A stretch of DNA of 64,000 bases, from the NCBI GenBank assembly GCA_964393205.1, contig CAYMSV010000002.1, positions 160,843 to 224,842 on the forward strand, given 5' to 3'. Both the position numbers and the translations under genes were made by a program. Positions 1 through 9,741 of this stretch are shown here, in pieces; within the stretch, counting starts at the first letter, position 1, and every line of letters begins with the position of its first letter. This DNA is from an uncultured Pseudomonadales bacterium (GTDB lineage Bacteria > Patescibacteriota > Microgenomatia > UBA1400 > PJMF01). The notes under the pieces are model-generated. The model was not told where the DNA came from and made no database searches. It worked only from the letters and a program-made list of their open reading frames with translations.

Positions 1-1
1 A

Positions 2-400
2 GCTTGTGAATTGTTTAGCTATTTTGAGACACAATGGATAAAACTAAAACCAAGTTTAGTGATTATTAATCTCTCAAGTAATGATGAACAGCTTGGATTA
101 CAATTTGCTTTTGAAGAGGCACTGGAGGATTTTATTAAAATGAGTAAAGATCATAACTTTAGATTAGTTTTTGTAGCAGAAGCAAATAGTATTGAAATAA
201 GTGCAGAATTAGCAACCCATCGGATTATGGATGATATAGCAAAAAAAAATCAGATCATATTTATTGATATGCATGATCACTTACTTAAATACACAAAAAA
301 TGGAATACTATGGTGGGATTTTGTTCACCCTACAAGTTTTGGTCACGAGATAATTGCTAATCATCTTTTCCAAACTTTAAAACCCATAATACTAGATTGA
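2..400 (+). CDS. SGNH/GDSL-type hydrolase, C-terminal fragment (5' end outside window)
   Basis: ORF track 11..400. The frame stays open back to position 2. It has 'LSSNDEQ' (GxND-like block) and a C-terminal 'DFVHPTSFGHEIIA' (DxxH block) as in SGNH hydrolases. Confidence 0.45.
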   Translation, partial: ACELFSYFETQWIKLKPSLVIINLSSNDEQLGLQFAFEEALEDFIKMSKDHNFRLVFVAEANSIEISAELATHRIMDDIAKKNQIIFIDMHDHLLKYTKNGILWWDFVHPTSFGHEIIANHLFQTLKPIILD

Positions 401-445
401 TTAAATTAATATTTAATTTAATAATAAAGAATACAGATATCAATT

Positions 446-1942
446 ATGTTCAGTAAAAAGAAATTACTAAAAAAAATAATTTCAAAATATCAAAAGAGAG
501 AGAAACTACTTAATACCTTAGTAATTCTTTCAATATTTTGTTTAGGATTTTACATTCGCTTGTATCTCTATCCAACCAACAGTGTATGGGTTGGTGATGC
601 TGCCAGAGATATGCTCATTGGCCACCTAATTACTTTCAAAAACATGAGTTCTAGATACGGACCTTGGAATACTGGCATAAGTTCTACTTATCCACCTATT
701 TATTATTATTTCATTGCAACTTTAACTGCAATTGCTAAAGGCAATCATAATTCACTAGCTGGACTAATAATATTTTATCAATCGATTGGTATTATTCTAA
801 CTTTTTTAATCATCAAAAAAGAATTTTCCAAAGTTATAGCGCTAGCTGCAAGTCTTTTTTATGCTCTCTCATCAGCATTTATATATCTTAGTATGTTACA
901 AATAAGCGTTTCAAATAGCGTGATAATCGTTCTTATATCGTTGCTTTTTCTTCAATCTGCTTTTAAAAAAGATAAAATAATACACTTAGTAATTAGCGCT
1001 GTTTTGCTTTCACTGGCAAGTAGTTTTTGGTATGGAGCTATGTTTATCTGGCCAATCTATTTGTTAATATATTTACTAAATTTTGACTCACAAAAATCAG
1101 AAGTAGGTAACCTCTTAGGTTTAATTGTTTTTGGACTTAGTGCCATTTTATCCTTTTTCATATTTTTTTCACCAGTCATAGAAGTGGTAACTTTATCAAA
1201 TATCCGTCAACAGTTATTTGGCAACGGCATTAACCAACTCAGTTTATCTAATTTTAAAATTGATAATTTTTTAAAAAGCATTGAATTAACGATCAATATA
1301 CTCCATCCTAAATTAACTACTTTTATGTATTTTATATATGGCCTAATAATCCTTGCTGGCTTAAGTAGCAAAAATAAACACTTCAAAAAACTCACGCTCA
1401 TAGCTCTTTTTGCCTTACTTTTTCATTACATTTTTTATAATATTCATGAAAGTCCTTTGGGTCATTATTTAAATAACGTTTATTTTTTCTTAGCTGCCCT
1501 ACTTATTTATGCTTTAAGAATTGTTCTAGAAAAAAACACCTTAGCTTTTTTATCACTATTTCTGATTATTTTAATCAGCAGTAAATCTTTTGAGCAAGAA
1601 AAACTAGATAGTGATATTTCTTATCAACACTATTCGCAGGTCAGTAATCAGATACATCAAAGCTTTCCAGACTCAAGTATTATTGATGGTGGCGAATTTT
1701 GTCAAAATACCACAAATCATGATTATTGGAATTCAAGAGTTTTTTGGTACTTTCAAAAGGAGAAGCCTTATTTTATATTTGATGATGTATTTACTCAAGT
1801 AGATCTAACGAATACTAATACCGTTTTGTTGTGTTGGCAAAATCTAAACTCTAATCAAATAGACAGTGATTATCTCAACAGGGAAGATGATTTATTAAAA
1901 TTTCAGTTACAAGGTATTGAATATAAAATTTTTGAAAATTGA
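446..1942 (+). CDS. polytopic membrane protein, GT-C fold (ArnT/PMT-like) glycosyltransferase candidate
   Basis: 498 aa with more than 10 predicted TM helices. An early loop 'VGDAARDM...YPPIYYY' resembles the ArnT/GT39-GT83 N-terminal region. It sits in a glycan cluster and overlaps the next gene by 4 nt. Confidence 0.4.
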   Translation: MFSKKKLLKKIISKYQKREKLLNTLVILSIFCLGFYIRLYLYPTNSVWVGDAARDMLIGHLITFKNMSSRYGPWNTGISSTYPPIYYYFIATLTAIAKGNHNSLAGLIIFYQSIGIILTFLIIKKEFSKVIALAASLFYALSSAFIYLSMLQISVSNSVIIVLISLLFLQSAFKKDKIIHLVISAVLLSLASSFWYGAMFIWPIYLLIYLLNFDSQKSEVGNLLGLIVFGLSAILSFFIFFSPVIEVVTLSNIRQQLFGNGINQLSLSNFKIDNFLKSIELTINILHPKLTTFMYFIYGLIILAGLSSKNKHFKKLTLIALFALLFHYIFYNIHESPLGHYLNNVYFFLAALLIYALRIVLEKNTLAFLSLFLIILISSKSFEQEKLDSDISYQHYSQVSNQIHQSFPDSSIIDGGEFCQNTTNHDYWNSRVFWYFQKEKPYFIFDDVFTQVDLTNTNTVLLCWQNLNSNQIDSDYLNREDDLLKFQLQGIEYKIFEN

Positions 1943-3468
1943 AGATGGAAACTAAAACAAAAAAAAATATAAAAATAGCTAAAGTATTTAATCTTCTTTT
2001 TCAAATAATTATTCTTTTGTATTTTGTCTTGTTGTTGAGATTGATTACTCCACAGCGTCAAGTTGATCCAGATTTTTTTCAGTTTTTAAGAGATAGTAAA
2101 TATTATTTAAGATTAGAATTACCACCTTTAATTCAATCTTTACCGGCGAATCCAATTTTAATTGGCGTTTTTTCAAAATTATTTTCTGATGTTTTAACAG
2201 AAATAGAAATAGCCTTACTAATAAATGCCATTTCAATGAGTACAGCAATTTATGTACTTTACTCAATTTTAAAAAGAGAAAAAGGTATATGGCACGCTGG
2301 CTTAGGCATATTGTTTCTAATAACAAACCCTATAATTTTCGACTCAGCTATTTCTAGTAACTCTGAGGTGTTGTTTACTGCGTTTAGCTTACTAATATTT
2401 TATTTAATATGGAAAAATAAAACTCTATTGGCTAGTTGCTTAAGTGCTTTGGGCATATTGATTAGATATGAATCTATCTTATTATTTTTAAGTCTTATCT
2501 TAATTGACTTTTTAGACAGGCGTGACTTAAAAGATCTATTAAAAAAAGTTTTAATATTTTTAATTCCAGCCATGATTTTATTAAGCATATTAATGACTAG
2601 AAATCCATCCAACAGTTTTTTTGGTACTCCTTTCTTAGTAGAAGTGTCTCAAAGGTCGAGTGATATTCCTGAGTTAAGATTTATAATTAATTTTCCATTC
2701 GCTTTTTTTTACAAACAAAGATTGTTGTTTAGTAGAGTAAGTTTTATAAAAATCACTGTTGCCTTTGTTTTTTATTTATTAGTCTTTTTTTTACAAAAAA
2801 ATAATAAAAAAAGCAATAATTTAATCAAAAGTTCTCTGTTATTTACCTGCCTATTCTTAATTTTTCATACTTTTTTCCCTGCCTATTTGGAGAGATATTT
2901 TGTGCCCGCTCTTTTTAGTTTCGTCTTATCAATTAGCCTGAGTATAAAAAACTCAAGCAGCAATCTTAAGAAAGTATTTATTTTTATTTTGTTAATAATT
3001 ATCACCACTAATTTTTGGAAAGGTCTTCAAAAATTTTTTATCAATGAATATAACATTTTCTACAGTCATGATTATTTCACGGCACAAAGCATTAAAAATA
3101 AAATCACAATAGACCAGCAAAAATATATTATCTTATCCCCCTATCCAGAAACACTTGAGTACTATTACAGCGACCGTCAAGATATTTCTTTAATAACTGT
3201 AGAAGAAATAGAACAAAACAATGTTTACAGTAATTTAGCAGATGCCATTGCTAAATATGAAGAAATAAATAATATTAAAATCTTAATACCCTACAACAAT
3301 ATATTTGATTGGGGAATTCATGGAAAATATGATAATTCTTTAAGAAAATGGTATGAAACAATAGGCTTATATAGGTTGGGAGATTTCATTAATTCGGATA
3401 AAAGTTGTTTGTGGTATGAAGAGGGACCATCGCACAATTTTACCAAGGTATATATACTTTGCCCTTAA
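1939..3468 (+). CDS. polytopic membrane protein (second GT-C-like candidate)
   Basis: 509 aa, many TM helices, ATGA overlap with the upstream gene. No diagnostic motif was recognised. Confidence 0.3.
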   Translation: MKMETKTKKNIKIAKVFNLLFQIIILLYFVLLLRLITPQRQVDPDFFQFLRDSKYYLRLELPPLIQSLPANPILIGVFSKLFSDVLTEIEIALLINAISMSTAIYVLYSILKREKGIWHAGLGILFLITNPIIFDSAISSNSEVLFTAFSLLIFYLIWKNKTLLASCLSALGILIRYESILLFLSLILIDFLDRRDLKDLLKKVLIFLIPAMILLSILMTRNPSNSFFGTPFLVEVSQRSSDIPELRFIINFPFAFFYKQRLLFSRVSFIKITVAFVFYLLVFFLQKNNKKSNNLIKSSLLFTCLFLIFHTFFPAYLERYFVPALFSFVLSISLSIKNSSSNLKKVFIFILLIIITTNFWKGLQKFFINEYNIFYSHDYFTAQSIKNKITIDQQKYIILSPYPETLEYYYSDRQDISLITVEEIEQNNVYSNLADAIAKYEEINNIKILIPYNNIFDWGIHGKYDNSLRKWYETIGLYRLGDFINSDKSCLWYEEGPSHNFTKVYILCP

Positions 3469-3485
3469 AAAAATTGTAAAAAATA

Positions 3486-4484
3486 TTATTTACTTCTTTC
3501 TTTTTCCTCTATCCATCTATAAGTTTTTTTCATACCCTCGTGCAAATCAACTTCTGGCTCCCAATTAAGATATTTTTTTATCAAGCTGTTATCGCTACTT
3601 CTACCACGAACCCCTTGTGGAGCATCTAAATTATACTGACGATTCAATTTAATTTCAGCAATTTTTTCTATTATTGACAGCAATTCATTGATTGTTACCA
3701 ATTCACTTCTACCTAAATTAATTGGCTCATCAATTTCACTATGCATGATTAAATCAATACCTTTAACACAATCATCAATATACATAAAAGTTCTTGTCTG
3801 TTGACCGTCACCCCAAATTTCGATATTTTTCTTTTTATTAATTTTAGCTTCTATTACTTTCCTGCATAAAGCAGCCGGTGCTTTTTCTCGACCACCTTTG
3901 TACTCACCAAAAGGTCCATAAACATTGTGAAAACGAGCCACTCTTGTTACTAAATTAAAATCTTCACTAAAATGACGACACATTCGTTCGGAAAAAAGCT
4001 TTTCCCAACCATATCCATCTTCTGGCATGGCCGGATAAGCATCGCTCTCCTTCAATTCAATAACATTACTGTTGGATTGTTTATTCAAAGGATAAATACA
4101 AGCTGAAGAAGAGTAGAAAAATCTTTTTACTCCAAATTTAGCTGCTGCCATCAACATGTGGGTATTAATTAAAACATTAAGCATACACAAGCCCTTATTG
4201 TTTTCAATAAAACCCATACCACCCATGTCAGCAGCCAAATTATAAACTTCGTCGATACCCTTGCTGACAATTTGGCAATTTTTGAAATCCTTCAGATCGG
4301 AAACTACATTTTCTGCATTTCTATTAACTTGTTGCCACTCAGCCAGAGGTTTAATATCTACCGCTCTAATTTCTGTATTTTGTTGAAGATCAAAATAATT
4401 GACTAAATGACCACCAATAAAACCACCAGCCCCAGTAATTAAAATTTTTGTTTTTTTAGCATTGTTGTTTTTATTATGTTTCAT
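3486..4484 (-). CDS. NAD-dependent sugar-nucleotide epimerase, GDP-mannose 3,5-epimerase (GME)-like
   Basis: N-terminal Rossmann 'ILITGAGGFIGGHL'. Motifs 'AADMGGMGFI', 'RFFYSSSACIYP', 'LKESDAYPA', 'RFHNVYGPFG', 'KGGREKAPAA', 'WGDGQQTRTF' and 'GVRGRSSDNSLIK' match those I remember from plant GME along almost the whole length. Confidence 0.7.
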   Translation of the reverse strand: MKHNKNNNAKKTKILITGAGGFIGGHLVNYFDLQQNTEIRAVDIKPLAEWQQVNRNAENVVSDLKDFKNCQIVSKGIDEVYNLAADMGGMGFIENNKGLCMLNVLINTHMLMAAAKFGVKRFFYSSSACIYPLNKQSNSNVIELKESDAYPAMPEDGYGWEKLFSERMCRHFSEDFNLVTRVARFHNVYGPFGEYKGGREKAPAALCRKVIEAKINKKKNIEIWGDGQQTRTFMYIDDCVKGIDLIMHSEIDEPINLGRSELVTINELLSIIEKIAEIKLNRQYNLDAPQGVRGRSSDNSLIKKYLNWEPEVDLHEGMKKTYRWIEEKERSK

Positions 4485-4492
4485 TTTATCTT

Positions 4493-5611
4493 TTAATCGA
4501 TAACAGACATTATCTCATTCAATTTATTTTCCCAAGAATTTACTAAAGCTATTTTCCTTTGCTTTTGCTGTTGTTTTTTTGACCAATCCTGATTTAGTAG
4601 CTGAAAAATCAGCTTTTGCCAATCATCTCGTGAATAAGCAATTTTAACAAAATTAGGAAATTTTTGTAGCTCCTTAATATTACTGCTGATCACCGGCTTA
4701 CCAGCATAAAAATATTCGAATAATTTCATTGGATAACAATAGCGATTAAATACTAAAGATGCATCATAAGGAATAATTGCAAGATCAAAGGTCTCAATAA
4801 AAGACAAGATTTTATTTCTCTCTTGCTTATCATAATGGAAAAAATTTGGATGAGTTAAAAGCTGATTAAATTTTTCTTTTAAAAGTAATAAATCAGAGTC
4901 TTGACTAACGTTGGGCTCATAGTGCAAAGGACCAATAAAAACAAAGCTTAAATTTGGGTTATTTTTAAGCAAATCATCTAACAATAAAAAATCTAAACGC
5001 ATACTTATCTGTCCCACAAAACCTATAATTGGCTTGTTATCAGGTACCTTAACACTCTTTTTGGCTCTTTTTTTGAAAGTTTGATAATCGAACCCTTGTT
5101 TTACCAAGTGAATTTCTTTATCAGTTTCATTTTCATATAATTTTTTTAAACTTTTCGATATAGAAAAAATATAATCAGCGCTGTCCAGTATTTTTTTCTT
5201 TTGTGTTTGTAGTTTTTGATAAGCATCAGAATCAAAAGAAAAGTGAAAATCAACAATATCAAAAACAATTGAAAAAGCAAAAAATCTCAAACTTAATAAA
5301 TCTGCCAATTGAGGAAAAAAGATCCATAGATAACGTCTCTTTAAAGGAAATTTCAAAGAAAACCAAAGTCCTAATAAGAATTTGTATAAATGCTGATTTA
5401 TTTTTTTAATAAGAGTAAATCTACTAAATGGCAAACAATTAAAAGGCTTTATCTGCCTTATGTTTTTATTTTTCTTAAACTCTTGCTGATTAAAATTAAT
5501 AATATAAACTTGATTGTTTTTAGATAAACCCAGTGCTGTTTGCCAAACAAAATCACAAACTTGTTGCCCTCCAGATAAATCAGGAATTAAGATTAAAGCA
5601 TTCTTTAGCAT
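4493..5611 (-). CDS. glycosyltransferase family 1 (GT4-like)
   Basis: C-terminal 'FVGQISMRLD...FIGP' and 'KLFEYFYAGKPVISS', the E-x7-E type GT1 motif. Confidence 0.7.
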   Translation of the reverse strand: MLKNALILIPDLSGGQQVCDFVWQTALGLSKNNQVYIINFNQQEFKKNKNIRQIKPFNCLPFSRFTLIKKINQHLYKFLLGLWFSLKFPLKRRYLWIFFPQLADLLSLRFFAFSIVFDIVDFHFSFDSDAYQKLQTQKKKILDSADYIFSISKSLKKLYENETDKEIHLVKQGFDYQTFKKRAKKSVKVPDNKPIIGFVGQISMRLDFLLLDDLLKNNPNLSFVFIGPLHYEPNVSQDSDLLLLKEKFNQLLTHPNFFHYDKQERNKILSFIETFDLAIIPYDASLVFNRYCYPMKLFEYFYAGKPVISSNIKELQKFPNFVKIAYSRDDWQKLIFQLLNQDWSKKQQQKQRKIALVNSWENKLNEIMSVID

Positions 5612-5640
5612 TGGTTTATTATATTATAATAACAATTCTA

Positions 5641-6540
5641 ATGAAAAATTCAGTCTTACCAGTCAGCATTGCTATCATAACCAAAAATAGACCAATCAAG
5701 TTAAAGAGATGTTTATTAAGCTTAAAAGAACAGAGTTTTAAATTGTTCACCATCATTATTGTGGATAATGATGATAAGCAATCTGCACTTCCAATTACCC
5801 AAGACAAATTGTTCAACAAGTTAAAAATTGAATACCATCATTTACCCAAAAAAACTGTACCTGCTTGCCGTAATCAAGCAATGAAGTTTAACCAAAATCC
5901 TTATTTGGCTTTTATTGATGATGATTGTGTAGCAGACAAAAACTGGCTTAAAAAAGCTCTAGAAACAGTCTCTGATACAAAATCAAAATATGTCTTAGGA
6001 GTTACTAAATTATTAAATACCCAAAATATTTTTGCTATTGCTCAACACGCTAGAGATAATTTTTGGAAAGAATACAATGGCCAATTATTAGATACTAAAA
6101 ATTTATTGCTTGACGCTACTTTTTTCAAAAAAAAGAAATTAAAGTTTGATGAAAAATGTCAAAGCTTATATTATGATTCAGCCGATTTTGATTTAGATTT
6201 TCAAGTTAAAAAAGAAGAGATCAAAGGAGCTTACACATCAGAAATGTTGGTTTATCATGAAGAAACTGATTCTTTTGCTAAATTTAAATGCCGAGCTTTT
6301 CACCGTGGGAAATTAGCCAAATATTTAAACGGTAAGTGGAAGCTCAACGATAACTTGGTTAATCTAAAAGACCAATTGTTCTTATTATTTTTTTTACGTG
6401 TCATTAAAAATTTTGTTAAAGATTATCAAAAATATAAAGAACACATGGAATGTAATGCTTTTTTAAAAAAAATTTTTGCTACTTGCTTGATTAAAAACTT
6501 TGAAAGACACTACTTACTAGGTTATGTGGCAAAAAATTAA
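5641..6540 (+). CDS. glycosyltransferase family 2
   Basis: 'VSIAIITKNRP...IIIVDNDD' and a 'FIDDDC' DXD motif. The ORF track starts at 5533, but the M at 5641 (MKNSV) avoids overlap with the convergent GT1 and sits just before the GT2 fold. Confidence 0.75.
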   Translation: MKNSVLPVSIAIITKNRPIKLKRCLLSLKEQSFKLFTIIIVDNDDKQSALPITQDKLFNKLKIEYHHLPKKTVPACRNQAMKFNQNPYLAFIDDDCVADKNWLKKALETVSDTKSKYVLGVTKLLNTQNIFAIAQHARDNFWKEYNGQLLDTKNLLLDATFFKKKKLKFDEKCQSLYYDSADFDLDFQVKKEEIKGAYTSEMLVYHEETDSFAKFKCRAFHRGKLAKYLNGKWKLNDNLVNLKDQLFLLFFLRVIKNFVKDYQKYKEHMECNAFLKKIFATCLIKNFERHYLLGYVAKN

Positions 6541-8005
6541 AAAATCAACTGATTTACTTGCGGTTTTATCCTGCTTGCTATTTTTATTAGTCACCAGCCT
6601 GTTGCCTAATGTAAAAAGTTTTTTTGCCCTATCTTTTGTATTTCTATTTTTTTTAACTTGGCGTTATTCTTTTAGTAAAGCAATCATTTATGTCGCCCCT
6701 ATATTAACTACTCTTTGGATAGGTCAATCCCATTCGACTCTAGTTGTCCCTGCAAAAGCCATAGTTGTTCATCAGTATTTTGAAGGTCGACACTTATCTT
6801 GGACTTTTACTCCTTATTTAATGATTGCCACTGTCGCTCTACTTCTAATTCCATTTTGGCAAAGAATATACAAAAACAAAGTGAAATTGTTAATTCATGA
6901 GAAACTAATAATTATTGTAGCTGCTAGTGGGTTTTTATCTGCTATTTATGGGGCCGTATTATTAGAAATTAGTCTTTTTTTTGTTTTTAATAGTTTTTTA
7001 TCAGTGATTTGGACCTATTATTTGATCTTATTAAAAAATAATTTAAATAAAAAAGAGTTTTATAGATTGCTCACTACTTTTTTATTTATATGGCTCATTT
7101 TAGTCAACTACGAAAGCATTCTTGTTTTAGCACAAGTATTATTTAAACGACCAATTGGCTTAATCGTAGAAACTACAAAAACAGCTCCGATTTTTGGCCT
7201 AGGAGCAGACGAAGGCTCAGGCGGATTTCGTCCTTTCGGTCTAGCTTACCACCCCAATGGCTTAGCTAACAAACATCTCATTTACATATTCTTATTGGCT
7301 TTTATTAAATTTTATTTAAAAAAGCTAACAGCTCCCTTTAAAGACTTTGTTAATTGGACAATCTTAGGTTCAATAATTGTTATATTACTTACTTTAAGTA
7401 GGGCCGCTTATTTGGCTTTAATTATCAGTGTTCTGTTTATCTATTTTAGACACTCAAAATTTTTTAATAATCAACTCTCAACTTGGAAAAAAAAGCTAAA
7501 CAAGATTAGCAGGGTTCATAAGTTTTTGTTTTTATTAATTGCACTTTTTCTATTTAGTAAATTTAGCAGTCGCCTACTTAATTCAATTTACAGTTTTAGT
7601 GGTTGGGGAGGTTTTAGCACCAGATTAATACAATATCAAGAAGCTTGGGAAATATTTAAAAAAAGTCCATTTTTAGGTATTGGTGATCAAATGTTTGTTC
7701 CTATTGCTTACCAGCTTTTCCCAAAAGGAGTTGTCACCTACTTTCCAGAAAATGTTCATCAAGGATTCTTATTATTTATGATAGAAAGGGGCATTTTTGG
7801 TTTATTAGTATATTTATTGTTTTTTTATTATTTTTTAAAACATCTAATAAAATTAGATACTATTAGCAGCATCAATAAAACAATGTTATACTCTGGAATA
7901 ATAGGAAGTTTTATAATAATGTTTTTTCATCCAGAAAGAAATTTATTGAATACTTTATTCCTAATTGGAATCTCACTAACACACTATGAAAAAAAAACTA
8001 TTTAA
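6524..8005 (+). CDS. O-antigen ligase/polymerase-like (Wzy_C) membrane protein
   Basis: About 12 TM helices. A periplasmic loop 'GFRPFGLAYHPNGLANKH' is followed by 'LTLSRAAYLALII', the Wzy_C-type SR(A/G) motif. Confidence 0.5.
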   Translation: MWQKIKKSTDLLAVLSCLLFLLVTSLLPNVKSFFALSFVFLFFLTWRYSFSKAIIYVAPILTTLWIGQSHSTLVVPAKAIVVHQYFEGRHLSWTFTPYLMIATVALLLIPFWQRIYKNKVKLLIHEKLIIIVAASGFLSAIYGAVLLEISLFFVFNSFLSVIWTYYLILLKNNLNKKEFYRLLTTFLFIWLILVNYESILVLAQVLFKRPIGLIVETTKTAPIFGLGADEGSGGFRPFGLAYHPNGLANKHLIYIFLLAFIKFYLKKLTAPFKDFVNWTILGSIIVILLTLSRAAYLALIISVLFIYFRHSKFFNNQLSTWKKKLNKISRVHKFLFLLIALFLFSKFSSRLLNSIYSFSGWGGFSTRLIQYQEAWEIFKKSPFLGIGDQMFVPIAYQLFPKGVVTYFPENVHQGFLLFMIERGIFGLLVYLLFFYYFLKHLIKLDTISSINKTMLYSGIIGSFIIMFFHPERNLLNTLFLIGISLTHYEKKTI

Positions 8006-8852
8006 GAAAACCAATAAAAATAAACATAAAGTCTTTGACTTAATAGCTTTATTTGCTATCTTTTTTATTACAGCTAGTATTTATTTTTTATTTAGTAGGA
8101 AAACAGAATATTTATATATCACCATTAGACTTTTTAATCATGAATACCCTGAAAATTACATTGATACCAACCAACCAAAGGCATGGTATGTAGAGCAAAT
8201 TGTTCCAGGAAAATCACAGAAAAATCAACTAGGTGAAACTCTAATAGAGGTTGCTGATGTTTATAGCTACCCCAGCGCTTATGTTTTTAATGATGTTTAT
8301 GTTACTTTAAAGGTTAAAGCTATTCAAAATAAAGTAACTAAACAATATCTTTACGAAGGCGTTCCACTGTTAATACATGATGTTAGATCTTTTAAAGTAA
8401 AGGATCTACTTATCAGTGGAGAAATTATTGATCTTTTTGAAAGAAAAAGAGATTTAAAAAGTTTTAAATTAGTTTTAAAAATCAAAGCAAATGAAAAAAA
8501 CATTGATTACATCAATAACAGTCAATTATTGATTAAAGGAATAGACAATCACATCGCTAATTTACTAAAAGAAGGTAACACAGTAAAAGATAGTGAAAAC
8601 ACTACTTTGGTAGAAGTCACTAAGGTAGAAAAAAAGCCTGGAGAAAGAGAGCTTGCCAGTACAAATGGCATTATAAAGATAATAGATCCGGAAAGAACTC
8701 AAGTTTATTTACATGTGAATTTATTAGCTGAAAATATTAATGACTATTATTTTTATCGCAAAAAAGAAAGCTTATTGGTTGGTGAAAACCTGTGGTTAAA
8801 TTTTGATCAGGTAACTGTTATTGGTGAAATTATATCAATTGAAGAAAATTGA
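7986..8852 (+). CDS. hypothetical N-terminally anchored protein (glycan locus)
   Basis: 288 aa. One N-terminal TM helix after a basic stretch. No known motif. Confidence 0.4.
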   Translation: MKKKLFKKTNKNKHKVFDLIALFAIFFITASIYFLFSRKTEYLYITIRLFNHEYPENYIDTNQPKAWYVEQIVPGKSQKNQLGETLIEVADVYSYPSAYVFNDVYVTLKVKAIQNKVTKQYLYEGVPLLIHDVRSFKVKDLLISGEIIDLFERKRDLKSFKLVLKIKANEKNIDYINNSQLLIKGIDNHIANLLKEGNTVKDSENTTLVEVTKVEKKPGERELASTNGIIKIIDPERTQVYLHVNLLAENINDYYFYRKKESLLVGENLWLNFDQVTVIGEIISIEEN

Positions 8853-8877
8853 TATCTGTTATTAGAAACACTTTTCT

Positions 8878-9741
8878 ATGAAGAAATTACCAAAAATTTC
8901 TATTGTTACTCCATCTTACAATCAAGGAAAATTTATTGAAGAAACGATTCAATCAGTTTTAAATCAAGACTATCCTAATTTCGAATACCTAATAATAGAC
9001 GGAGGTTCGAGTGATCAAAGTTTGGAAATTATCAAAAAATATCAAAAGAAAATTGATTATTTTGAAAGCAAAAAAGACCGAGGACAATCCCATGCCATTA
9101 ATAAAGGTTTTGCAAAAACTGATGGTGAGATTATGGCTTGGATTAATAGCGACGATATCATTAGACCAGGCACTCTTAAGCTAGTGGCTAGTATTTTTGC
9201 AAAATTTCCAGAAATAGATTGGTTGACAAGTTTACCATCTACCATAAACGAAACTGGACATCTCATATATTTAGCTAAAAAGCCTTTATATATAAGATTT
9301 CTAATTAAAAAAGGATTATATACCAGAAAATTATTAGGTTTCATTATGCAAGAAGGAACCTTTTGGCGAAGATCACTATGGGAAAAAACTGGCAGTAAAT
9401 TAGATGAGGTGCCTTATTCAATGGACATGAAGCTTTGGCAGAAATTTGCACAACATAGTCAACTCTATTGCGTTGATGCCTGTTTAGCTTCATATCGACT
9501 TAATCCTAATCGAAAAAACAATGATCAGCACCGAAAATATTACGCCGAAATAAATGATAAAACACCAATTGTCTTAGCAACAATAATCAAAGTTATATGG
9601 AGACAGATAGCAAAACTTATTCACTTATGTAAATTAAGTCCAAGCATATACTTCAATCAAGAAAAAAACACTTGGTTTTTTAGAAAAAACTTATTTAATG
9701 TAAAAGGCTTCAAGCTCTTGAGCAATAGTGCGCCAAGATAG
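8878..9741 (+). CDS. glycosyltransferase family 2
   Basis: 'ISIVTPSYNQGKFIEETIQSVLNQDYPNFEYLIIDGGSSD' and 'AWINSDD'. Confidence 0.75.
   Translation: MKKLPKISIVTPSYNQGKFIEETIQSVLNQDYPNFEYLIIDGGSSDQSLEIIKKYQKKIDYFESKKDRGQSHAINKGFAKTDGEIMAWINSDDIIRPGTLKLVASIFAKFPEIDWLTSLPSTINETGHLIYLAKKPLYIRFLIKKGLYTRKLLGFIMQEGTFWRRSLWEKTGSKLDEVPYSMDMKLWQKFAQHSQLYCVDACLASYRLNPNRKNNDQHRKYYAEINDKTPIVLATIIKVIWRQIAKLIHLCKLSPSIYFNQEKNTWFFRKNLFNVKGFKLLSNSAPR

Noticed and set aside
1207-2612. Short antisense ORFs inside the two GT-C-like genes (1207..1401, 1611..1802, 2045..2326, 2400..2612)
   Set aside because: They are embedded in long, confidently coding membrane-protein ORFs in an AT-rich genome where spurious ORFs are frequent.
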